The notes beneath the pieces were generated by a model. The model saw only the letters and a list, made by a program, of their open reading frames with translations. It made no database searches and was not told the origin of the DNA. A program made the translations under genes and the position numbers. Below are positions 10,011-17,571 of a stretch of DNA of 38,867 nt, piece after piece (the stretch's first letter is position 1; the number at the start of each line of letters is the position of its first letter). Source of the DNA: a virus (lineage: Duplodnaviria > Caudoviricetes); the IMG/VR virus record IMGVR_UViG_3300049982_000331, positions 1-38,867 of that record; one strand, given 5' to 3'.

Positions 10011-10353
10011 TTATTTCTTTTGTTGCTTAAATAATACTTGTGCTTTTTCAGTCATGGCTTTCAATTCTTCCTCAGTCCAAGGTGTCATTATTTCCATTGG
10101 TGGATCTATATGTAAAGGCCAGCATTCTTGCATATTGTCTTTGCCTCCCATACTCCTATTTACTACTGTAGCAAGTTTCCTGATATGCACTGCTGTGTCT
10201 TCAACTTTGTCCAAATACCCCTCGCAAGCACAAAGAAATTGATAAGGTGTACTAATCGCATATTCGTGAGGGGTCCACCCTAACCTCCCAAAAGCAAACT
10301 TGTGATTGTTAAAGAGGTATTCGGTTATGTTGGGTCGCTCAGACTTTTTTTTT
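10011..10353 (-). CDS. Tail assembly chaperone T portion (gpGT-like, reached by -1 frameshift)
   Basis: -1 frame open from the A9 run to 10011: KSERPNITEYLFNNHKFAFGRLGWTPHEYAISTPYQF... Confidence 0.8.
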
Positions 10354-10687
10354 CACTTTCCCCCGCCGCCTGCCTCACTTTAGCCTGTATTTGCTCTAAC
10401 TTCTTTTTATAAAAAGCAGAATCAGCAAAGAGGTCACATACTTCTTTTATTTTTTCATCCCCGCCTGGTGCAATGCTTAATTCATCTACCCAATCTGTTA
10501 CCTGCTCATAATCGAATTCCGATATCTGCACACCTTTTGCAACATCATTACCGATAAGACCCGCATAGATTGATGCATAAATGGAAGATGAATTAACCCT
10601 TTCAAAGTTGACTTTCTCCCAAAAGGCATCAACAGCAGCCATATTAAATTTGAGGGTGCGTAATTGCCCGCCAAGTTGCATTTGCAT
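10325..10687 (-). CDS. Tail assembly chaperone (gpG-like)
   Basis: 120 aa between tail tube and tape measure; LGGQLRTLKFNM start; ends EKK at a slippery run. Confidence 0.85.
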   Translation of the reverse strand: MQMQLGGQLRTLKFNMAAVDAFWEKVNFERVNSSSIYASIYAGLIGNDVAKGVQISEFDYEQVTDWVDELSIAPGGDEKIKEVCDLFADSAFYKKKLEQIQAKVRQAAGESEKKSLSDPT

Positions 10688-10701
10688 ATAGTTGGTTTGT
10701 A

Positions 10702-10992
10702 TTAAGCCGTTGTTGTAAACTGAGTGATCTCACTCGCTTCATCTGCCATTGGTTGATTACTGCTGTTGTATGGCGTTATCAAAACCCAATAAACAGTATT
10801 AGCGGTTAACCCTGTTTTTGTAATAGTTAATGCCCCGGTCGTAAATCCACTAAAAAAGTTACTTGCAGGACTACCACCGAAATCAGTAAAAAACTGATAT
10901 TTATAATTTGTTGCATCGGTTACCTGTGGCCATTCAACGGTAACGCTTGTACTTGCTGGTGTAATATCCAAGGCCAAACTTGCGTTAGGAAA
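10702..10992 (-). CDS. Fibronectin type III-like domain, probably fused to the tail tube by +1 frameshift
   Basis: TSVTVEWP...NYKYQ...TGLTANTVYWVLITPYN FN3 pattern; frame opens at 10992, only a TTG start at 10977. Confidence 0.75.
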   Translation of the reverse strand, partial: FPNASLALDITPASTSVTVEWPQVTDATNYKYQFFTDFGGSPASNFFSGFTTGALTITKTGLTANTVYWVLITPYNSSNQPMADEASEITQFTTTA

Positions 10993-11428
10993 CTATCGTA
11001 GTGGTAATACCATCACCGTCTACCTGTATCGTTCCTGTTCCTGACATTGGTGAACCGTCAGCACCCATTGTCCAATTTAGTTCAGTTATAAACCCCTCAA
11101 AAGCTAAAATAGGATCACCAGTTACGTTTATTGCGGTTGTGATTTTCCAGTTATGTACGACATGATTTTTATAATCATCCTGCATTTGAGCAAAAGTAAC
11201 TTTGCCGCTTGCAGACTGGAACACAGGAACAATGTCAAAAGAGATAGTAGCGTTATTCGTACCCCCTGAGCTAAGAGTGCCGCAAAAGGTATCAGTAGTA
11301 ATCGAATTGCTACCCTGGCTAACCCCTACAGAAGTAAGGCACGCCATTAGATCAAAAGTTTCAGGTGTGCCGGTTCCAGTACCCCTCCAGAGAGGTAACT
11401 TAGAGCCAGAAATTTGACGCTCTGTCAT
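10985..11428 (-). CDS. Major tail tube protein
   Basis: 147 aa; ACLTS...ITTDTFCG...FEGFITEL...SGTGTIQVDG; follows the tail terminator. Confidence 0.85.
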   Translation of the reverse strand: MTERQISGSKLPLWRGTGTGTPETFDLMACLTSVGVSQGSNSITTDTFCGTLSSGGTNNATISFDIVPVFQSASGKVTFAQMQDDYKNHVVHNWKITTAINVTGDPILAFEGFITELNWTMGADGSPMSGTGTIQVDGDGITTTIVS

Positions 11429-11445
11429 TTTACATAAATTTGCAA

Positions 11446-11476
11446 TAAAAGTAACAAAAAATGCAACAATGTTGCA
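11446..11476 (-). promoter_or_regulatory. Late-module promoter with palindromic operator (copy 2)
   Basis: Minus strand TGCAACATTGTTGCA-N8-TACTTTTA. Confidence 0.78.
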
Positions 11477-11486
11477 AATTCCTTTT

Positions 11487-11903
11487 TTACTGAATAAATA
11501 TGTTGTGGCGAAAGATGATAACGCGGTCTATTGTTATGAGTTGTTGCTTTAAGCGCCAAGGGTTTGTATTATCACTTACAAGGTCAGTACCTACCATGTG
11601 AAAGCCGGCTGACAGAGGGAGTGTGAAAGCAGGATGAGGGTAAAAATATTTGTATATTTTATCTGCCATCTCATCAATAGCCTCTCCTGAGTTGTACTGG
11701 AGTGTTTCAGTATAAAGGGTAATTGCCACAGAAACATTTACTGAAGAATTGCTTTTCTGTGCAACCTCACTGCTGTTAAGAGAATTGAAAATAATGTAAT
11801 TGCCTGTCAGATTATTAGGAGCTTGCATGTAAAAAGCCTTATAGCCTGTCTTTTGCAGGGCTGTAAAATATGCTTCTCTTAAAGGCTTGTTTACATCTTT
11901 CAT
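11487..11903 (-). CDS. Tail completion/terminator protein (DUF3168-like)
   Basis: 138 aa, position before tail tube; LREAYFTAL...AP....YIIF pattern. Confidence 0.7.
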   Translation of the reverse strand: MKDVNKPLREAYFTALQKTGYKAFYMQAPNNLTGNYIIFNSLNSSEVAQKSNSSVNVSVAITLYTETLQYNSGEAIDEMADKIYKYFYPHPAFTLPLSAGFHMVGTDLVSDNTNPWRLKQQLITIDRVIIFRHNIFIQ

Positions 11904-12514
11904 TTATATTTCTTAGTTAAGTTGTTCAACGAAGTAATCAACAAAGGTTTGTGGTACTCTACCGATGGGTAAAGGAAGGGGTGAGCAATAACGCCGTGCG
12001 CCAAAATGCTTAGTGCAATAATGTAGGCTGTATTGTAGTCCTGCGCTGCCTGCACTTGCTTACTACCAAGCCTCTTTGGTTTCTTCGTAACATAAGACCT
12101 TTGTGCCGCTATGCCTTTACGTCTTACCCACTCAGTCAACCTTTCCACCAGCTCTGCAAACGTACCCCCGCCCGGACCTCTAAACTCTCTGGCAAACGTT
12201 TGCCAATCTTTAGGCAGCTTTGACACATAGGTCATTGCAAAACGGCCAGTGCCGAACTCTATATAAGCAGCGTAATCAGCAGCAACAACTATTTCAAGTA
12301 GTACGTTTTTTTCTGTTGTTTTAACTACATGGCTAATTGAGCTTTTCAAATGTGCCTCATCAACCGGGGCCAAAGCTTTTGCATCTCGAACAATGTCAAA
12401 GCCTGTAGCCTGAAATTGTTTTTCTATTTCAATTGAAATATTTTTAGGCAAATCGCGTATTGCCTTTTGCACCTGGTTAAGCCCTTCAAGTTTTATGGTT
12501 ATGCCGTTAGCCAT
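11900..12514 (-). CDS. HK97 gp10-like neck/tail component
   Basis: AKALAPVDEAHLKSSI, YAAYIEFGTG, AHPFLYPS motifs. Confidence 0.88.
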   Translation of the reverse strand: MANGITIKLEGLNQVQKAIRDLPKNISIEIEKQFQATGFDIVRDAKALAPVDEAHLKSSISHVVKTTEKNVLLEIVVAADYAAYIEFGTGRFAMTYVSKLPKDWQTFAREFRGPGGGTFAELVERLTEWVRRKGIAAQRSYVTKKPKRLGSKQVQAAQDYNTAYIIALSILAHGVIAHPFLYPSVEYHKPLLITSLNNLTKKYK

Positions 12515-12842
12515 TGTTGCTGCATCTCAAAATCACTTCGCCCCTTCGACCTTCGTTATCAAATGACACGGACCTAACAAGCAAAGTTTTGCAATCGTAT
12601 AAAACAATATCCCCGCCCTCTTCAATAAAATCTTTGGTGTATCTGGTTGTTATCTTAAAGTCGTAGCTCCATTCCCGTTGCCCATCACTCACCTGCAAGC
12701 CCCCGCTTCTGCTCTCTACCTTCGCCCATTTGGTCACACACTCATCAGCCTTATAAGCAGCAACAAGACCGCCCCCGGCTGTTTGCTTTGGGGCATCAGG
12801 TCGTTTAATTGTGATTTTATGGCGATAATCTGATAAGGGCAT
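12507..12842 (-). CDS. Head closure / head-tail adaptor (SPP1 gp16-like)
   Basis: RHKITI...GG.....WAKVE...KITTRY pattern, 111 aa. Confidence 0.82.
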   Translation of the reverse strand: MPLSDYRHKITIKRPDAPKQTAGGGLVAAYKADECVTKWAKVESRSGGLQVSDGQREWSYDFKITTRYTKDFIEEGGDIVLYDCKTLLVRSVSFDNEGRRGEVILRCSNNG

Positions 12843-12843
12843 T

Positions 12844-13026
12844 TTAGAAATTTATAAATTGGCTTGGTTTACACACATAATCTTTTTTACCTCTTATTTT
12901 AATATAGCCTATATACTTATCCTTCACAGCAATCGCTAACCAACGACTTTTTACCAGAAGAGAAAGTTTAAGAACATAAAACCAAATTGTGTAGTAAAAT
13001 TTTAATTTCAAAACTATCTCTGCCAT
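12844..13026 (-). CDS. Small basic/hydrophobic hypothetical protein
   Basis: 60 aa ORF exactly filling the gap between neck genes. Confidence 0.6.
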   Translation of the reverse strand: MAEIVLKLKFYYTIWFYVLKLSLLVKSRWLAIAVKDKYIGYIKIRGKKDYVCKPSQFINF

Positions 13027-13034
13027 ATAGTTGG

Positions 13035-13565
13035 TTATTTTGGTTTCTTGATAATTGGTGAAATTCCCCCGCTTGCTGCCTCATCCCCTCGATTTTGCAA
13101 CAAATAAGCTATTTGCTGCAGTACCATTATTTTATACTTCTTTGGCATTTTACCGGGTTCAAATCCTGCTGTATAAATAACAGTCACATCTTCATAAGCA
13201 TCTTTAAATTCGTTATAAGTATTGCCTGCATCATCAGTGATTGAAGTTATTCCCCTGACAGGCCCAAAAGGAAAAGTAGTACCGGGCTTTAATTTAGCTG
13301 TGACAGTGCGATTTACAAGGCTTACGCTTTTTTGCCGTTCAACCTGTTCACGGGCTGTTGTGATGAGCAAATCAATAATAGTGTCATAACTACTACCGTC
13401 TACAGCGCACCAGTCTTTTGCCTCAAGTAATGTGACCGGCTCAACAGTATCCTCAGCAGAGAATTTATAAGACAAAACACAATCGTAAACAGGCGCACCA
13501 CCACAACCAACAAAACTGAGTCTGTTACGCCTGGCATCTGCGCTATCCTCGACATACCTGTACAT
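13035..13565 (-). CDS. Head-tail connector (HK97 gp6/SPP1 gp15-like)
   Basis: EPVTLLEAKDW...D.II..LITTARE..E, YTAGF, YLLQNRG motifs. Confidence 0.88.
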   Translation of the reverse strand: MYRYVEDSADARRNRLSFVGCGGAPVYDCVLSYKFSAEDTVEPVTLLEAKDWCAVDGSSYDTIIDLLITTAREQVERQKSVSLVNRTVTAKLKPGTTFPFGPVRGITSITDDAGNTYNEFKDAYEDVTVIYTAGFEPGKMPKKYKIMVLQQIAYLLQNRGDEAASGGISPIIKKPK

Positions 13566-13756
13566 TAGCTTACTTTTTTAGGTGCTGCTTTTTTAGGTGC
13601 TGCTTTTTTAGGTGCTGCTTTTTTAGGTGCTGCTTTATGGGGATCATTTGGATCTACTGCGATGCCACAACTGATAAGGTATCTTGCCCTGTCCTCATCA
13701 ACCTCAGCCTCTCCTAATGGATAGTGAGCGTGTTCTTTTATAATATTTACTTTCAT
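13565..13756 (-). CDS. Small head-associated protein with C-terminal (KAAPK)4 basic tail
   Basis: ATG 13756 (MKVNIIK) lies downstream of a terminator; GEAEVDEDRARYLISCGIA resembles small post-capsid genes. Confidence 0.75.
   Translation of the reverse strand: MKVNIIKEHAHYPLGEAEVDEDRARYLISCGIAVDPNDPHKAAPKKAAPKKAAPKKAAPKKVS
13573..13636. repeat. 15-bp perfect tandem repeat x4 (CTTTTTTAGGTGCTG)
   Basis: Four exact copies 13573-13632 plus a partial fifth. Confidence 0.97.
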
Positions 13757-13768
13757 GCCTTTTAATTT

Positions 13769-13798
13769 AAAAAGCCCCACCTATTTGGCAGGGCTTTT
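13769..13798 (-). terminator. Intrinsic terminator after the major capsid gene
   Basis: Minus strand AAAAGCCCTGCC-AAATA-GGTGGGGCTTTTT. Confidence 0.8.
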
Positions 13799-13834
13799 AT
13801 TTATAGGTTAGCCAAAAAACTGTTTACTTTAAAA

Positions 13835-15229
13835 CTATACTACAGGTGCCAAAGTGCCTTTGATCACAGCCGCGTTATTGAAAACAGCAAGTGTTGCCCT
13901 TTTCTCAACCCGGAACATGATCTTATTCTTTTTAGCCAAAGCAGCATCTTCAAACATTCTCAACTCAGGCTGCATACGTGTGATATACATAAGAGCATTT
14001 CTGTCGAAGGTTAAGAAGTTACCAGTACCCACCTGAGTTGTTCTGGTTACGTCAATTCCTCCAATCTGTAAATTGCCGTTTGCATACCCCACAGAGCCAT
14101 TAGGCAGGTCGTATTCACCTGAGCCGGTTGCTGTGTTTAGTCCTACTTTAACTGCATCCCTCGGTGTAAGAATGGTATTTGTCGGATTGTAAAAATCAAA
14201 AGTGCTCTCAACCAATTGGCCCCACTGCGCATCCATTATCCTTTCAATTGCCTTAGTGTAAGTGCCATCATAAGCAGTTGCCACATCCAATAAACCTTGC
14301 ACCGGGTTAGTGTCAGAAGTACCGTTAAGGATAAAATCATTCTCAGCTATTTTCAAGCTGATAAGCATTTTATTTTGCAGGTAAGATTGCAAGAAAGGAA
14401 TATCGTCAAGCATTTCACGCTCAATGATAACAATGCCCGCGATCCATTTGAAATAAGCGTTATACCCTGTAATATCGAAATCCATTTGCGCTTTATCGGC
14501 TGTTTTATCAGTCCACACAGCAGCTCCACCTTCGCCTCCGTTCTCTTTAGGGTAAAGCACCTGAGATCCACCGCTTACACCTGATGGCAACAAATCTGCT
14601 AACCATACACGATTGTAAGGCTTTTCGATGATGATGTTGTTTCTTACATCCTGAGTCATTGCAAGAGCTGTTGCAGCCTGGAAATTTGCAGCAACTGACA
14701 TATCCCCAACCGCTTTCATCTCAAAACGCTTTTCGTCAGACCCCGGCTTAAAACCTTTGATTGCATCAGCATTTTCAGCAATCGTTTCAGCCAAAATCTG
14801 GTTAAAAGATTTCACTTCTACTTGCTCAACATGCTTTTGGCCTTTTACTTTTGCTGAGAGAATACCAATTGCTCTCATTTGAGCGTCAAGATCATCCTTT
14901 ATGGCTTTTACTTCATCCGCTGTTGCCCCTGGTTTAATTGCCTTGAGTTCATTGATGGCTGTGTTGACTTCAGTTAGTTTTTGAATTACGATATCGCTTG
15001 CTTTGTTTTCCATGTCAGCAACCAGCGCTGCTTTCATCTCGTTTAATGTTTCCATCAAAGGAGCTGTTAAGGTTTCCATCAAAGATCCTTGAGGTATTGC
15101 CACAAAAGAAGCTGCCAGTAAACCAAGAAACGGTACAGCAAAAGGAATAGCGAATAAGGAGCTAAGGAACATAGCCGCAATTGCAATAAAAAGCAACGCG
15201 CCAATTAATTTAAATGATAATTTTCCCAC
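13835..15229 (-). CDS. HK97-fold major capsid protein with coiled-coil delta domain and hydrophobic N-terminal leader
   Basis: KWIAG...REMLDD..FLQSYL...ILNG...GLL and KNKIMFRVEKR motifs; GTG start 4 nt after the protease stop; alternative ATG at 15079. Confidence 0.93.
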   Translation of the reverse strand: MGKLSFKLIGALLFIAIAAMFLSSLFAIPFAVPFLGLLAASFVAIPQGSLMETLTAPLMETLNEMKAALVADMENKASDIVIQKLTEVNTAINELKAIKPGATADEVKAIKDDLDAQMRAIGILSAKVKGQKHVEQVEVKSFNQILAETIAENADAIKGFKPGSDEKRFEMKAVGDMSVAANFQAATALAMTQDVRNNIIIEKPYNRVWLADLLPSGVSGGSQVLYPKENGGEGGAAVWTDKTADKAQMDFDITGYNAYFKWIAGIVIIEREMLDDIPFLQSYLQNKMLISLKIAENDFILNGTSDTNPVQGLLDVATAYDGTYTKAIERIMDAQWGQLVESTFDFYNPTNTILTPRDAVKVGLNTATGSGEYDLPNGSVGYANGNLQIGGIDVTRTTQVGTGNFLTFDRNALMYITRMQPELRMFEDAALAKKNKIMFRVEKRATLAVFNNAAVIKGTLAPVV

Positions 15230-15233
15230 TGTT

Positions 15234-16154
15234 TTAGTTTTTGAGTGTATTTGTGAATTGTTTTAACTGCTCCAACAATTCTTTTTCTCCTATACTGGCA
15301 CCCGGCTCAAGTGTACTGTATTGAGTGTTTGCGGTATTATATTCGGCAATGAATTGTTTAATCTCTTTATTTTTTTCTGAAAGCATAATGATAGCTTCAT
15401 CACTTGCATTCGCTTTAAATAAGTAGTTGTCCATTTTTACCGTATAAGACTTCATGTCAGCTATTTGTCTGGCATTCCATCTTAATTGGTCCATTATACT
15501 ACTTGTAAAATCAGCTCTGCGACTAATCATGTACATAATGCCGCTGTATAAATCACTGTTAGTATCAATACTTGAGGCTAAGGCAATAAGCGATTGAATA
15601 TTAGTCATGTCATTTGCAAGCACAACTTTTAAAGTATTCAGTTCGTTATCGGTAAGCATTTTTAATTCACTCCCTAATGCCTCAAATGATTTATTTAGCA
15701 TAACTATTCCTGCTTCAGGGTGGCAGGCTTTGACCTGTAAGAGTGAAGTTTCACTATGTGTTACTTCTCTTAGATTTCTTACACGCCGGCCTTTTATTTG
15801 AGAAAAATCTTTTTTTTGTGCGATATACCCAAATGACGCACCTTCTAAAATACCTTCGCTTGCCTGTTCTAAAACATCATTTGCTTCTGTCCAAGTGCCG
15901 AATTTTACTTCTGTGTAAGCGCCTGTATTATCATCGTATACATTGGTAACTTTGCCTAACTTATGCTTACCGTCGTGGTTTAAATAAAATCCTATTCCCG
16001 CAGCTTTAGTTTCTTTCCAAGTTTTATCAAACATCCCCTTGTGAGAAATATCACTGGCAAGATCAATTGAGTTATATACGGCATGTTTAATAACAGCAAC
16101 ACGTTTAGTGCTATCTAGATCCTTTAATTCAAGCCCTACCGTTTTAGTCTCCAC
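15234..16154 (-). CDS. HK97-family prohead protease with C-terminal helical extension
   Basis: YNSIDLASDISHKGMFDKT, LNHD, GASFGY, LREV..SETS; start likely GTG 16154, downstream of the promoter. Confidence 0.88.
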   Translation of the reverse strand: METKTVGLELKDLDSTKRVAVIKHAVYNSIDLASDISHKGMFDKTWKETKAAGIGFYLNHDGKHKLGKVTNVYDDNTGAYTEVKFGTWTEANDVLEQASEGILEGASFGYIAQKKDFSQIKGRRVRNLREVTHSETSLLQVKACHPEAGIVMLNKSFEALGSELKMLTDNELNTLKVVLANDMTNIQSLIALASSIDTNSDLYSGIMYMISRRADFTSSIMDQLRWNARQIADMKSYTVKMDNYLFKANASDEAIIMLSEKNKEIKQFIAEYNTANTQYSTLEPGASIGEKELLEQLKQFTNTLKN

Positions 16155-16181
16155 TGATTTTATTTTAGGTGCATGTTGTAC

Positions 16182-16214
16182 CAAAACTAATAAAAAATGC
16201 AACAATGTTGCAAA
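16182..16214 (-). promoter_or_regulatory. Late-module promoter with palindromic operator (copy 3)
   Basis: Minus strand TTTG-N21-TAGTTTTG (Bacteroidota -33/-7 consensus) containing TGCAACATTGTTGCA. Confidence 0.82.
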
Positions 16215-16245
16215 ATTTTATTTTAGCGTTGCAAAAATGGGAGAA

Positions 16246-17037
16246 TTAGTTTGTAATAGTGCGGCCGGCTGCATCCCTCACAGGCTCATAAGCAACAACA
16301 CACCTGCAGTTGCATACCTCTTTTGGTGGTACCGCTAACCCATTAGGCTGTTTTCTTACCCCTGGGTGGTCCATCTGGTAAGGGCCAACAATAAAAGGAT
16401 CGTCAATGTCAATAGCCTCAGCACTTACAAAATAGTGATCATGCCTGGTTCTATCATCCTGCGTAGCAATCCACACTTTCTTTACTAAAATGCCTGATTC
16501 CTTCGCTGATAGATGCGCCCCGCTGTTTGCTGCTGTTACTGTCTCAGTGCGTGCTATCAACCTTGCCCTTGCTCTACTTAACTCTGTGGCCTCAAGCTGT
16601 TTGATTGTATCATCAAAGCCTAACCCATCAGCCTGAGCCCTTATAAGCACTTTTTGTAGTAGGTCTCTGGTTGTATCGGTAATGCTATCAGCAAAATCAT
16701 GAAAATCCATTAAATAATATTGCTCAATAAGTTCCTGCATCCGTGCATTAAAACCTATTGGCATACGCGCTTTCTGTTCTGTCTTTTGTCGTTTGATATT
16801 AACAAGGACCTTATGCCCAAACCTTATTCCGGCATCAAGGCAAAGAGTACGAATGAGGGCTTGCAAGGGCTCAGCATTTAGTTTCATGCCTATGAGATGT
16901 CCCTGCTTATATTTTTCAATGAATTCAACTTTTTGTTGGTTGAGTACCTTTGCAATTTTAGGTGTATAGATCAACTCCCGGCTTTTTCTGAAGCGGTCAA
17001 ATACCTGCCAATACTCACGCTTCTTTTGCTGATTCAT
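16246..17037 (-). CDS. Minor head morphogenesis protein (SPP1 gp7/Mu F-like)
   Basis: RARLIARTET, KVWIATQDDRTRHDH, CNCRC. Confidence 0.92.
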   Translation of the reverse strand: MNQQKKREYWQVFDRFRKSRELIYTPKIAKVLNQQKVEFIEKYKQGHLIGMKLNAEPLQALIRTLCLDAGIRFGHKVLVNIKRQKTEQKARMPIGFNARMQELIEQYYLMDFHDFADSITDTTRDLLQKVLIRAQADGLGFDDTIKQLEATELSRARARLIARTETVTAANSGAHLSAKESGILVKKVWIATQDDRTRHDHYFVSAEAIDIDDPFIVGPYQMDHPGVRKQPNGLAVPPKEVCNCRCVVAYEPVRDAAGRTITN

Positions 17038-17249
17038 TAAGTTCCATTTATCATATTAACCCTACATTCAACACATACTTGCATTCTGCTTGGTATTACA
17101 TCGCTTGGCACCTGAGAGGCATTATTGTAAACAAACAAATAGCCGACTACCATCAGCCCCTCAATCAGTTTATCACATTCCATACATACTTTTCCATCAG
17201 TAGGCCGGCTTTCCGTCTCCCACTCCGCTTTCACTGTTATCCCTAGCAT
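17037..17249 (-). CDS. Small putative Zn-ribbon protein
   Basis: CMEC...CVEC, 70 aa; stop overlaps the next start. Confidence 0.6.
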   Translation of the reverse strand: MLGITVKAEWETESRPTDGKVCMECDKLIEGLMVVGYLFVYNNASQVPSDVIPSRMQVCVECRVNMINGT

Positions 17250-17400
17250 TTTGCTGGTTTTGCAACAAGGTAAGGATTTGCTCAGTTAATACTTCGCGCC
17301 TCTGCATGGCTTTTTGTGTTTCTACACTTATGGTAGCTGCACATTTAACACCAGGAAAGGAAAGCGGTATGGCTTTGTTAACAATTTCCTCTAGATTCAT
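17197..17400 (-). CDS. Hypothetical protein
   Basis: 67 aa ORF in operon direction. Confidence 0.55.
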   Translation of the reverse strand: MNLEEIVNKAIPLSFPGVKCAATISVETQKAMQRREVLTEQILTLLQNQQNARDNSESGVGDGKPAY

Positions 17401-17401
17401 A

Positions 17402-17569
17402 TTAATTTAATTGCTCAACCTGAAAATTCAAGCGCTCTTTTAACTCATAGTGATAATTCACATAAGCCATTATCTTGGCTGCAGCCTCTCCACTGTCATG
17501 CAAATAAGCCTCATCAGGAACACGTGTATTGTCGATAATGAGAGCAATTTCCTTTATGTGCTTTTCCAT
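17402..17569 (-). CDS. Hypothetical 55-aa protein (not in ORF track)
   Basis: MEKHIKEIALIIDNTRVPDEAYLHDSGEAAAKIMAYVNYHYELKERLNFQVEQLN*, filling the gap after the portal. Confidence 0.6.
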   Translation of the reverse strand: MEKHIKEIALIIDNTRVPDEAYLHDSGEAAAKIMAYVNYHYELKERLNFQVEQLN

Positions 17570-17571
17570 GT

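Noticed and set aside
13573-13636. Mini-CRISPR or on/off phase-variation tract
   Set aside because: No spacers, and the 15-bp unit preserves the reading frame.
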